Positions 1 through 8,394 of a DNA stretch of 64,000 nt are shown here, one piece after another. The stretch lies in contig JBKJIT010000003.1 in the NCBI GenBank assembly GCA_046598345.1, positions 5,089 to 69,088 on the forward strand, read 5' to 3'. The notes under the pieces are model-generated. The model saw nothing but the letters and a program-made list of their open reading frames with translations, was not told the DNA's origin and did no database searches. The position numbers and the translations under genes were made by a program. The stretch comes from Minisyncoccia bacterium (GTDB lineage Bacteria > Patescibacteriota > Minisyncoccia > Phycocordibacterales > UBA918). Position 1 is the stretch's first letter. Every line of letters begins with the position of its first letter.

Positions 1-2546
1 CCAGTAGAAAAGGGTCCAACACTCTGACAAATAGTTGCATTATTTGAGCCCCATGAAACTTGTACTAAATCTCCTGTCGTTATGTTTTTTGTCGATGCTG
101 CTCCACCATTATTGGTAATAGGACTTGCGCCCCCTACATTAGCAACTGTAATGCTTGCAGTGGGAGCGGCCGCACAGGCACTTCCATTCCAAGCAGAGCC
201 AGCAGTGCAAGATGCTGTTCCAGTTGCCGCATGGAGGAGTGTCGTGTTGTTATAGAGTGTAAACGCATTTGTTGCACCTGATCCGTAGGAAAGGTTTCTG
301 GAAGTTCCAGGATTTGAAGCTGCCAGGTTGAATAATCCTCCACCCTGATACACACGCGGAGTAGTTGCGTTTGAAGTCCAAGATACAGAGGTGGAGCAGT
401 TATTTGCACCGACTGCAATTGTACAATTGGGAACGGTAATCGTTCCCGTAGGGGCTGGAATACATGTAAACGTTCCTCCTTGAGCTGAGTTGCTCCAGTT
501 GCCATTTGCATGACGAGTGTGCATATACCAATAATATTGGGTATTTGGGTCTATTGTTGTTACCCGTGAAGTACCGGTGTAACTATCGAGACACAGCCCC
601 TCCGGTTCTGTTTTATTCGGAGAACATGCACTTGTCCAACTTTCTGCCGCTGGAGCAGGGGGACTTTTATAAAGACGCAGAAGTGATTGAGTGTATGTAC
701 TCGGAAGTGTCCAATTAAGTGTTGCTTGTGTCCCCGCTGCATTACAAGTTACGGCACCGGGTGTTGGAACAGGCGGAATATCGAAATAAATCACATTGCT
801 CGTTCCTACGGTCCCGTTAGTGCACTCAACCCGGTATTGAGCTATAGAAGTTACACCCGTGGGAAGCGGGTATTGTCTAGTACCTGGATATGGATAGGTT
901 CCAACGCTTGCATATGCGCCTGCATTCCACCTATACACCGTACACGATGTCGGGTTGTTAGTAGCACTCCAACCCAAAATTGCTGTTGCCCCGCTCTCAT
1001 TGTAGAAGGCACTTCGTATCCAATTGCCGGTCCCACCACTCTGTGTCGTGCCCGTAGCAGTAACGACTGGAGCAGGAGGAGGAGAGACTGTTCGAGACCA
1101 CGTCATGGTGTTGCATAGTATGTTGCTTACAGAGGCCGTATTGAGATACACATGTGTATTAAAATTTCCATATTCAGCATTCCCCGCTTTGTGATTCGCT
1201 AAGTTTATCGATCCTCGCCAGGTACCTCCTCCCATGTTTGTTCCTGGATACCAGACAAGGTCGTCCTGCCCCCCTGAATCTCCCCACGTTGGAAATGTTA
1301 CCGAGGTAACATTTGCACTCACCCCATACGCATAGGTGTATAACGTTCCTGTGGTGGCGGATGTATTAGAAGATTCCATTGCAACACTCGAACAAGAAGC
1401 TGCAACAGCACTGACCGTAACGGATTGCGCACCGGTAGACACACCGCTACCATTCCAGCACTCCAACGTGAAAGTCTTAGTTGCAGGAATAGCTTGCACT
1501 GAGCTTCCATTTACAACTTGCGAACCTGTCCATCCATTCGAAGCTGTGCAAGAAGTAGCACCACTCGTTGTCCACGTAAGGGTTGAGTTTCCATTTGCAG
1601 CAACAGATGTTGGGCTAGCGGAAAAATTGAGTGTTGGAGCCCCGGGACACGAAGGCGATGCCATGGTACTAGGCGTTGGTCCTGCATTTGCTGACGATCC
1701 TGCTGAGTTTGACGCTCTTACATAGTACGTATGACTCGAAAGTGGTGAAACAGCGTGAGTGTATGAAGTAGCAGCTCCAGTATAGATAATGTTACCAGCA
1801 CTTGTTCCGTCAGCCATGAGCGTGTAGCTCGTCGCACCCGAAACAGCATTCCACGATATATTAATGAAACCACCACAACCACCAGATTGAGATGCAACAA
1901 GATTTGTAGGGGTTGTGGGAGCGACAGCACAATTTACGCCTCCATTTGGCTGATACGGATTCCAACCAGCAGGAGCTGTTTGTACAGTTCCACTGCAATC
2001 AATATAGCAAGAATCACCGGGTTCAAGTTGGTTTATGTATCCATTGGCGGCATTGGGGCTCATTGATGTGCATGTCCACCACCAGCCCGGCTGTCCATAA
2101 GACGCACTACCTGCATTGTTTGTTCCCAAACCACCTGGCAAACAGGATGACCCCGTGGTTCCGCAAATTGCGTGTGCGTAAATATCCACCGCTTTAGTTG
2201 CTGTATTTACCGTATCAGTACATGAAACCTCTCGATTGGTATACCCGGTAATCGGTCCGATTCCGCTCACTGAGCTTACTGTAGGATACGAATATGCAGC
2301 AGCAGGAGCGTCATTAACAAACTTAACTCGACAACTAGTAGCACCTACTTGACCCGATGGGAACCAAGACAGGTTGATGTATGAGTTGTAAGGAACAGAA
2401 TGAGATGATGGACTAAAAAAGGTAGAGCCCGACACCCCAGTAGATACACTACTCACAGCGATCGCGTCTACGGGAAAAAAGAAAACCACAGCCACAAATC
2501 CAAGAAGGAGTACTTTTTGAAATAAATTTATAGAAAAAGTATTCAT
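1..2546 (-). CDS. Large secreted surface protein, 3' part (runs off the window start). Signal peptide MNTFSINLFQKVLLLGFVAVVFFFPVDA, S/T/G/A-rich with recurring Cys and Ig/FN3-like W-x-S/T repeat units.
   Basis: Hand translation of the minus strand from ATG 2546..2544 found no stops in the stretches checked (e.g. 1140-1184). The ORF track shows only short fragments here because the ORF has no in-window stop. Repeated motifs such as LTWTTSGATSCTAS, LNWTLPSTYTQ and VSWTSNATTP. Confidence 0.55.
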   Translation of the reverse strand, partial: MNTFSINLFQKVLLLGFVAVVFFFPVDAIAVSSVSTGVSGSTFFSPSSHSVPYNSYINLSWFPSGQVGATSCRVKFVNDAPAAAYSYPTVSSVSGIGPITGYTNREVSCTDTVNTATKAVDIYAHAICGTTGSSCLPGGLGTNNAGSASYGQPGWWWTCTSMSPNAANGYINQLEPGDSCYIDCSGTVQTAPAGWNPYQPNGGVNCAVAPTTPTNLVASQSGGCGGFINISWNAVSGATSYTLMADGTSAGNIIYTGAATSYTHAVSPLSSHTYYVRASNSAGSSANAGPTPSTMASPSCPGAPTLNFSASPTSVAANGNSTLTWTTSGATSCTASNGWTGSQVVNGSSVQAIPATKTFTLECWNGSGVSTGAQSVTVSAVAASCSSVAMESSNTSATTGTLYTYAYGVSANVTSVTFPTWGDSGGQDDLVWYPGTNMGGGTWRGSINLANHKAGNAEYGNFNTHVYLNTASVSNILCNTMTWSRTVSPPPAPVVTATGTTQSGGTGNWIRSAFYNESGATAILGWSATNNPTSCTVYRWNAGAYASVGTYPYPGTRQYPLPTGVTSIAQYRVECTNGTVGTSNVIYFDIPPVPTPGAVTCNAAGTQATLNWTLPSTYTQSLLRLYKSPPAPAAESWTSACSPNKTEPEGLCLDSYTGTSRVTTIDPNTQYYWYMHTRHANGNWSNSAQGGTFTCIPAPTGTITVPNCTIAVGANNCSTSVSWTSNATTPRVYQGGGLFNLAASNPGTSRNLSYGSGATNAFTLYNNTTLLHAATGTASCTAGSAWNGSACAAAPTASITVANVGGASPITNNGGAASTKNITTGDLVQVSWGSNNATICQSVGPFST

Positions 2547-3181
2547 GATGTCTGTAGAATAGTAAGGGTTTCCGCCACAGGGATTAACGCATCCCTCTTT
2601 TCGGGTGCGCGCACATCCAGAACAAAAAACCAACCGGAGTATTTCTCAAAATGAAAAATGACCAAATCGGCATTTTCTCCTATGTGTTCAAGCCCATTTA
2701 TACCAGGAATACTTAGAGTAAGTGGCCTAGTTCGATACGAAGGTCCCACGTATTCCTTGAGTGTTGTTCCAAAAAAGGCTTCCCACGCGGCTTCATGTGC
2801 GTCTTCCTCACCGTTATAGAAAGTCCTGAGAATGATTGAATCAGTTGTACTTGAGACTGCGATGACGCTGTCCTCATTATTCAACTGCTGAACATTCATT
2901 GTGGATTCTGGATATGTGAGAGTGTAGGAAATACCTTTTGTACCCTGTTTCGGCTTATCAAATGTCTTTCCAGTAAAAGTACTCATAGGCTCTGGCGCAG
3001 GAATCACTACGCTTTCAGATACTTCGTTTTGTTTATCTCTTTCGATGGCACCCACTGGCTCTGGTTGACTCTGCTTGTTTCCAAAAAAAAGAAAAAACGC
3101 ATATGCGAGGAGTAATGCAAGCACAACGCTACCCGAACACATGATTGCGTACCCAATAATTTTTTGTTTAGGGGTTGCCAT
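2543..3181 (-). CDS. Membrane-anchored hypothetical protein (N-terminal TM, extracytoplasmic domain)
   Basis: 212-aa ORF whose stop TGA (2545..2543) overlaps the ATG (2546..2544) of the downstream giant surface protein, an ATGA overlap. Hydrophobic N-terminus VVLALLLAYAFFLFF. Confidence 0.5.
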   Translation of the reverse strand: MATPKQKIIGYAIMCSGSVVLALLLAYAFFLFFGNKQSQPEPVGAIERDKQNEVSESVVIPAPEPMSTFTGKTFDKPKQGTKGISYTLTYPESTMNVQQLNNEDSVIAVSSTTDSIILRTFYNGEEDAHEAAWEAFFGTTLKEYVGPSYRTRPLTLSIPGINGLEHIGENADLVIFHFEKYSGWFFVLDVRAPEKRDALIPVAETLTILQTS

Positions 3182-3302
3182 AACAAACCGTGGACAATTC
3201 CAGAGGTATTACCCCTAATATTAGCATGTAGTCACGTCAGTAAATTCACTTTAGTTGAATTCTGTGACTATTTTATAGCGAAACCAGATAATACGGACGG
3301 CC

Positions 3303-3330
3303 TTGACAAAATACCCTATGATGGTATATA
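3303..3330 (+). promoter_or_regulatory. Near-consensus sigma70-type promoter TTGACA-N16-TATATA upstream of 3422 gene
   Basis: TTGACA at 3303-3308, 16-nt spacer, TATATA at 3325-3330. GGAG Shine-Dalgarno sits 8 nt before ATG 3422. Confidence 0.5.
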
Positions 3331-3421
3331 CTCCTTTTCGGTTGGTTTGGTCTTTTCAAAAAAACTTTCGCGGGTAAAACCGCACCCAATTCCTAGGGGG
3401 TAACCTGGGTGGAGATGTGAA

Positions 3422-3826
3422 ATGAAAAGCATGAAAAGCATCATTTTGGCGGCCACCTTGGCTGTTTTGTCGCTATTGTCCTTCGGGGCATCGGCGGAAA
3501 ACAATGGCATTTGTGAGACGCTGTACGCCGTTCGAGCATTCCCCGAGGGTAAGCGGCCAACGATTATTCAGGCATGCAAGCCCCTTCTGGTCGGCCAACG
3601 GTGGTCAATGATCACGACGTGCGGCGGCAACGGCTTTGCCATCAATGGCAACTTCCCTCCCTATGTGTATCACGGGATGGGCGGAACGACCGTCAGCTGC
3701 GTTCAGCTCGAAGTGGCCAAAGCTGAAGCAAACAGGCAAATCGATGCGACCCTGAAGGCCCTGACGAAGCTCGGCGGCGACGCCAGCTACTGGATGGCTA
3801 TCCAGGACGCACTCCCGGCGGAATAA
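3422..3826 (+). CDS. Small secreted protein (signal peptide, Cys-containing), unknown function; visibly GC-richer than the surrounding genome
   Basis: 134-aa ORF. N-terminal MKSMKSIILAATLAVLSLLSFGASA is a signal peptide. Codon usage rich in GGC/GCC/CTG/ACG. Own promoter and own terminator. Confidence 0.6.
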   Translation: MKSMKSIILAATLAVLSLLSFGASAENNGICETLYAVRAFPEGKRPTIIQACKPLLVGQRWSMITTCGGNGFAINGNFPPYVYHGMGGTTVSCVQLEVAKAEANRQIDATLKALTKLGGDASYWMAIQDALPAE

Positions 3827-3848
3827 CGGGCAGACGATCTGCCCTCCC

Positions 3849-3887
3849 ATGCGCAGGTATCCTACCAAGGGTCCTGCGCATTTTTTT
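3849..3887 (+). terminator. Rho-independent terminator (ATGCGCAGG...CCTGCGCAT + T7), preceded by second hairpin GGGCAGACGATCTGCCC at 3828-3844
   Basis: Inverted repeat followed by TTTTTTT at 3881-3887. Confidence 0.6.
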
Positions 3888-3914
3888 AACCACGCATATT
3901 CGAAGGAGAATTGC

Positions 3915-4331
3915 ATGAAAATTCGTTCAGTGTCCTTTGCAACGATGGTGAGTTTTCTCTCCATATTCACTTGTGGTGCTCAGACTGCTCCGCCCATTAC
4001 GCCACCAGGAAGTTCCACACCGACGGTGGAAGTGGTGGTAACAGTTCCCTGCAATCACTATACGTGGATTCGCTGGTCCTCGTCGGCAAACACACGGTAC
4101 TGTTACATGCAGCATGAAGGACTGATTGAACCTAACGGCAAAAAGTACGTAGGGCCAATACTCGCCTACACCGTGCGGTCAGTGACGTGCTTCAATGGAA
4201 CTGGAACTGGCTGGAGTGCCCACTACCCCATCGCGATCGTTCCCAGCACCATAAATCCGGACAACCCGCACGACTGTCGCATTCCTGTCCGCCTCAAAGA
4301 TGATCACGAGGAAGACGGGTCTGTCCCATAA
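3915..4331 (+). CDS. Small secreted protein (signal peptide), unknown function, GC-rich
   Basis: ATG 3915 preceded by GAAGGAGAA SD. The track ORF begins at 3849, but that would read through the terminator. Signal peptide MKIRSVSFATMVSFLSIFTCGAQTA. Several Cys. Confidence 0.55.
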   Translation: MKIRSVSFATMVSFLSIFTCGAQTAPPITPPGSSTPTVEVVVTVPCNHYTWIRWSSSANTRYCYMQHEGLIEPNGKKYVGPILAYTVRSVTCFNGTGTGWSAHYPIAIVPSTINPDNPHDCRIPVRLKDDHEEDGSVP

Positions 4332-4365
4332 AATACAGACCGTGGATTAACCTCTCTGACAATCG

Positions 4366-4407
4366 CCCGTCCCACTCGAAGTATGAGAGTGGGACGGGCT
4401 TTTTTTA
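4366..4407 (+). terminator. Rho-independent terminator CCCGTCCCACTCGAAGTATGAGAGTGGGACGGG + T7
   Basis: Perfect 12-bp stem and T-run. Confidence 0.65.
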
Positions 4408-4461
4408 TGTACATTTTTATAACGCTGGAGGAGAACATGCGTTCTGGTGTATCATGACTCT

Positions 4462-5028
4462 ATGATTGCGCGCCTTACGGGAGAAGTGGTTGATGCAAAG
4501 CTCACGCATATAGTGCTCAGCGTTGGTGGTGTGGGGTATCTTGTCGCTGTCCGTCTCACCTCAGCATTTGAAATAGGTGGCCTCGTGACTCTCCACACCC
4601 ATCTAGCGGTGCGCGAGACTGCCCTCGATCTGTACGGATTTCTGACGCAAGACGAACTCCGTATGTTTGAGCACCTTATTAAGCTTCCGAAGATTGGTCC
4701 AAAGTCCGCGATGCAGATTCTCTCCCAAGCGGAACTTACCCTGCTCCGGCAGGCAGTACGAGAAAACGACCCGACATACCTCTCGAAGATGTCGGGCATT
4801 GGAAAGAAGAGCGCCGAAAAAATTGTACTCGGCCTCAAAGACATTTTTGAAGGTGACGATTTTCTTATGAGTGAAACCCATGGCGGAAAAGACGCAGACG
4901 TTATTGATGCACTTATTGCGCTCGGGTACTCAGAACGTGACGCGCGTGCTGCGCTCCAGAAGCTTCCCGCGGAAATCACGGATACGAACGACCGTATAAA
5001 ACACGCACTCAAATTTGTAAGTTCTTAG
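4462..5028 (+). CDS. ruvA: Holliday junction DNA helicase subunit RuvA
   Basis: MIARLTGEVV... N-terminus, helix-hairpin-helix middle region, C-terminal LIALGYSERDARAAL motif. Alternative GTG start at 4447. Confidence 0.85.
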   Translation: MIARLTGEVVDAKLTHIVLSVGGVGYLVAVRLTSAFEIGGLVTLHTHLAVRETALDLYGFLTQDELRMFEHLIKLPKIGPKSAMQILSQAELTLLRQAVRENDPTYLSKMSGIGKKSAEKIVLGLKDIFEGDDFLMSETHGGKDADVIDALIALGYSERDARAALQKLPAEITDTNDRIKHALKFVSS

Positions 5029-5199
5029 CCTCAACTGAACACCCCTTAGTCTCTCTTTTTCTCTCTTTTATTTTTTCTATCCTTAAAATTTTTTTGTCCC
5101 CGTCTTCTGTTCCTGTCTTCTTCTGCTCATTTTTACTTTTTTAGAGTTGCCCCAAGCTAATCAAGCTAACAACGTAATTTGTGTATTTACTTAATTCCA

Positions 5200-5239
5200 A
5201 CATATACCATAAGGGCCGTACGGCCCTTATGGTATATGT
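5200..5239. repeat. Perfect 40-nt palindrome ACATATACCATAAGGGCC-GTAC-GGCCCTTATGGTATATGT (copy 1)
   Basis: Self-complementary by inspection. Near-identical copy at 5970-6019. Confidence 0.85.
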
Positions 5240-5364
5240 TGCTCAAAAAAAGTTGGGCGATACTCAATATGAATAAAAATACAGAATATAAGGTATAGAG
5301 TGTTAGGTGTTGGGTGTGAAATATCGAACACGGGGTATTGGATATGAAATACGAAATGTGGAAT

Positions 5365-5410
5365 GTCGGGTGTCGGGTGTCGGGTGTCGGGTGTCGGGTG
5401 TCGGGTGTCG
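5365..5410. repeat. Tandem heptamer repeat (GTCGGGT)x6.5, preceded by degenerate GT-rich copies from about 5290
   Basis: gtcgggtgtcgggtgtcgggtgtcgggtgtcgggtgtcgggtgtcg. Confidence 0.9.
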
Positions 5411-5968
5411 TCAAATCCTAAAATATTTCCGCAGATGCTTGTCGTTTTCAATGTAATCTGACGTAAGATAAAGCACATCTGAACTGAGTCCGAGGTGTGA
5501 TTTTAAAAGTAGAATAAAATCATCACACGCATACGGATACACCCATACACTTTTCTGAAGCATGTAAAATCCGTACAATTTCATACCTCGACGAAGCTCC
5601 TTTCTCACTTTCTCTTTCGTATTCGGTACGTCAAAAACAACAACTCTCCACCTCTCATCCCATTTCTTTTTCTCGGAAGATTCTATCCTCTGATGCCTGA
5701 GGGCAATTTCCCACTTACCCTTCTTTGTAACCTCAAGTACTTTCTCGCCGCCCTCATTGTGTGTCTGTTTAATAAGCCCTGATCTGAGCAGTGATTCTAT
5801 GTTCCTCTTGATAGATTGTCCGGGTGAATACTTCTTACGCTTAAAAGTTCCCCCCAGAAGTGAAAGTGCATTCGGTGCCACTACAGCGATAGTTACCACC
5901 CCGAGGGTACCAATAGTCATAAGAACCCCTTCTCCAATTTTGCCTAGTTTTTGTCGCGTTAGTGACAT
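5411..5968 (-). CDS. PaaX-like C-terminal domain protein with N-terminal TM helix and winged-helix-like segment (putative membrane-anchored regulator)
   Basis: Motif KKKWDERWRVVVFDVPNTKEKVRKELRRGMKLYGFYMLQKSVWVYP matches the PaaX_C / Cas2-like W-D-x-x-W...F-D-V-P...L-R...G-F...L-Q-x-S-V-W pattern. Hydrophobic stretch VLMTIGTLGVVTIAVVAPNALSLLGG. An alternative start at 5920 (MTIGTL) has a better SD (GGAGAAGGGG). Confidence 0.45.
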   Translation of the reverse strand: MSLTRQKLGKIGEGVLMTIGTLGVVTIAVVAPNALSLLGGTFKRKKYSPGQSIKRNIESLLRSGLIKQTHNEGGEKVLEVTKKGKWEIALRHQRIESSEKKKWDERWRVVVFDVPNTKEKVRKELRRGMKLYGFYMLQKSVWVYPYACDDFILLLKSHLGLSSDVLYLTSDYIENDKHLRKYFRI

Positions 5969-5969
5969 T

Positions 5970-6019
5970 ACCGTAAATATACCATAAGGGCCATACGGCT
6001 CTTATGGTATATTTACGGT
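5970..6019. repeat. Palindrome copy 2 (about 50 nt, 2 mismatches) sharing the core ATATACCATAAGGGCC..GGC.CTTATGGTATAT with 5200-5239
   Basis: accgtaaatataccataagggccatacggctcttatggtatatttacggt. Confidence 0.85.
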
Positions 6020-6040
6020 GTAGGGGTTATTTGGGTTATA

Positions 6041-6064
6041 GGGGTATAGGGGTATAGGGGTATA
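6041..6064. repeat. Tandem octamer repeat (GGGGTATA)x3 with degenerate copies from 6022
   Basis: ggggtataggggtataggggtata. Confidence 0.8.
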
Positions 6065-6207
6065 TGTCTATCTATACAGTGCGCTTTAATACTTTTTAAT
6101 AATTAAGGTGTTTTATGGAGAAAAATGTATGGGGAAAGAGCAATCCGCCAACCTCATTTAATTTGAGGCAAAGCGAAAAACCCGTATACTAAATTTAAGC
6201 TTTTCAT

Positions 6208-7497
6208 ATGGAATCTTTGCTTTACCACTTAAAACGACTTTTCCCAACTTCGTTATTTAAGCTCGTGCAGCCTCCTTACCACTACCTCCTCGCAGTACTC
6301 GGAGCGATGTACTATCAATTCCCCTCAAAAGAGATCACCGTTATCGGAGTAACCGGAACGAAAGGAAAATCAACGGTCGTTGAACTTGTAAACGCACTTT
6401 TTGAAGCTGACGGGAAACGAACTGCACTCGCGGGAACAATTCGCTTTAAAATTGGGGAGAAAAGCGAACGAAACCTTCACAAGATGACTATGCCGGGAAG
6501 ATTTTTCATGCAGAAGTTTCTCAGGGATGCGGTGAATGCTGGGTGCGACGTTGCAATCGTCGAGATGACTTCAGAAGGCGTGCGTCAGTCCCGACATAAA
6601 TTCATTCACCTTGATGCGCTCATATTTACAAATCTTTCACCTGAACATATTGAATCCCACGGCTCGTATGAGAAATATATTGCGGCAAAACTAGAACTAG
6701 CGCGGGCGCTTGAGGAGTCAAGGAAGCGCCCGCGCTACGTGATCGCGAATAGTGACGACGCGCAGGGCGCGGCGTTCCTCCGTGCGCGAGTAGAACACGC
6801 ACTCCCCTACAGTCTCGATGATCTTGAGCTCTACACATTAAACCGTGAGGATGTGAGTCTCGTGATAGATGGTACGACGATTCGCGTTCCGTTGGTTGGT
6901 CTTTTCAATATTTATAATGCACTAGCGGCAATCGTAACTGCGCGCGCATTTGGCATTCCACTTAAAACCATACTCGGTGCGTTTGCAAATTTAGCTCCCA
7001 TTAAAGGCCGTGTTGAACGCTTTAAATCTCCGAAGGGTGCGGCACGAAAAATTACTGCGGTAGTCGACTACGCACATACTCCGGATTCACTGGAGAAGCT
7101 CTACCAAGCATTTGAAAAAGAAAAGAAGATTTGTATTCTCGGCAACACAGGAGGAGGAAGAGACAAGTGGAAGCGTCCAGAAATGGGACGAATTGCCGGG
7201 GAATACTGCGAGCGCGTGATCCTCACGAACGAAGATTCATACGATGAAGATCCGGCAAAAATTGTTGACGAAATGGCACGCGGAGTTGAGGATGAATCAA
7301 AAGTAACTATCATCATGGATAGACGTACGGCAATTCGCACTGCACTTGAAGAAGTGCCAGACGGGGGCGTCGTGCTTATTTCCGGGAAAGGTACTGACCC
7401 GTACATCATGGGTCCTCACAACACGAAAACACCATGGAGCGACGCGAAGGTGGTGGAGCAAGAAATGGCTGCGCTCTTTGGTGAGCAGGCTACGTAA
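6208..7497 (+). CDS. Mur ligase family protein (MurE-like UDP-N-acetylmuramoyl-tripeptide synthetase, short form)
   Basis: P-loop GVTGTKGKST, DYAHTPDSLEKL signature typical of MurE, C-terminal Mur ligase domain ILGNTGGGRDKWKRPEMG. Confidence 0.65.
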   Translation: MESLLYHLKRLFPTSLFKLVQPPYHYLLAVLGAMYYQFPSKEITVIGVTGTKGKSTVVELVNALFEADGKRTALAGTIRFKIGEKSERNLHKMTMPGRFFMQKFLRDAVNAGCDVAIVEMTSEGVRQSRHKFIHLDALIFTNLSPEHIESHGSYEKYIAAKLELARALEESRKRPRYVIANSDDAQGAAFLRARVEHALPYSLDDLELYTLNREDVSLVIDGTTIRVPLVGLFNIYNALAAIVTARAFGIPLKTILGAFANLAPIKGRVERFKSPKGAARKITAVVDYAHTPDSLEKLYQAFEKEKKICILGNTGGGRDKWKRPEMGRIAGEYCERVILTNEDSYDEDPAKIVDEMARGVEDESKVTIIMDRRTAIRTALEEVPDGGVVLISGKGTDPYIMGPHNTKTPWSDAKVVEQEMAALFGEQAT

Positions 7498-7529
7498 CTT
7501 TTGTTTGAACTAAAAGGGGTGCGTGCGTT

Positions 7530-7991
7530 CTAGGCGAAGTGGAACAAAATAATCCCCGCCGCGACGGAAACATTGAGCGATTCTTTTTTACCCTCCATCT
7601 TGATGTGGAGCACGTGGTCACACACTGCACAGATTTCCTGCGGCACTCCCTCTATTTCATTTCCTAATATGAATGCCACGTCGAGCACGATCCCTACGCT
7701 TCGATACTCCTGCGAACGTTCGTGTTGCTCAATCGCAACAATGGAGACCCCTTCGGCTTTCAGTTTCAGGATCACCGCTTCAGTAGTTTCCGCGTACTCC
7801 CAAGGAACTGTTTCAGTCGCGCCGAGGGATGTTTTTTGTATATCTTCCCGAACCCGTCCAAAACGATCTGTAGGACACGGCGTGTACCCTGTGAGAAAAA
7901 TCTTTCGAATGCCTGCTCCGTCCGCACTTCGAAAAATAGACCCTACGTTATGGGCACTGCGTATATTATGAAGAATGACGTATCGATTCAT
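7530..7991 (-). CDS. SpoU/TrmH-family RNA 2'-O-methyltransferase
   Basis: ILHNIRSAHNVGSIFRSADGAG start and SPOUT C-terminal motifs (LGNEIEGV, SLNVSVAAGIILF). Start taken at MNRYV (7991) rather than the track 8033. Confidence 0.75.
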   Translation of the reverse strand: MNRYVILHNIRSAHNVGSIFRSADGAGIRKIFLTGYTPCPTDRFGRVREDIQKTSLGATETVPWEYAETTEAVILKLKAEGVSIVAIEQHERSQEYRSVGIVLDVAFILGNEIEGVPQEICAVCDHVLHIKMEGKKESLNVSVAAGIILFHFA

Positions 7992-8006
7992 GATGGTACA
8001 CTGTAC

Positions 8007-8363
8007 ATGATGTTGAATCCGTTTCCCATTCAATTCCTCGCGCTCCTCGCATATGCACTTTTACGTATCTGTGTTGGAGGAATTCTTGCGTACCGTGCTA
8101 CTTCCCATCTTCGCGAGAAACGAACGCTGGTTCAGGCCTTTGGCGCACTCGAGCTTGTCTCTGGGCTCATGCTGATTGTGGGCTACTACACGCAAATTGC
8201 AGCACTCCTATCGGGAGGAGTTGCACTCCTTGCGCTCTCGGTCCACGCTGTTCGATCGGCACTCAGTATGGGAGGGCGGCAATTTTACCTCCTTCTTTTT
8301 GTTGCTTCCCTTTCCCTTTTCATCACGGGAGCGGGATTCTTTGCCTTTGATTTGCCTATCTAA
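8007..8363 (+). CDS. DoxX-family small membrane protein
   Basis: 118 aa with 3-4 TM helices; LALLAYALLRICVGGILAY... The track ORF (7722..8363) is over-extended through the SpoU gene. Confidence 0.5.
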   Translation: MMLNPFPIQFLALLAYALLRICVGGILAYRATSHLREKRTLVQAFGALELVSGLMLIVGYYTQIAALLSGGVALLALSVHAVRSALSMGGRQFYLLLFVASLSLFITGAGFFAFDLPI

Positions 8364-8394
8364 CCAGTGTCAAAATCCGTGATACAATTTCTTC

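Noticed and set aside
134-2197. Short ORFs 134..511(-), 506..718(+), 687..1118(+), 1336..1725(+), 1913..2197(+)
   Set aside because: Frame artefacts inside the single long minus-strand surface-protein gene.
4452-5012. 186-aa minus-strand ORF antisense to ruvA
   Set aside because: Antisense shadow ORF of a well-supported gene, with a Ser/Arg-rich translation.
5290-5410. Possible CRISPR array (short tandem repeats)
   Set aside because: The repeats are 7-nt units with no spacers, so this is a simple microsatellite-like tandem repeat.
7573-8363. Track ORFs 7573..7971 (+) and 7722..8363 (+)
   Set aside because: They run antisense to or through the SpoU methyltransferase gene. Only the 8007..8363 portion (DoxX) has membrane-protein character.
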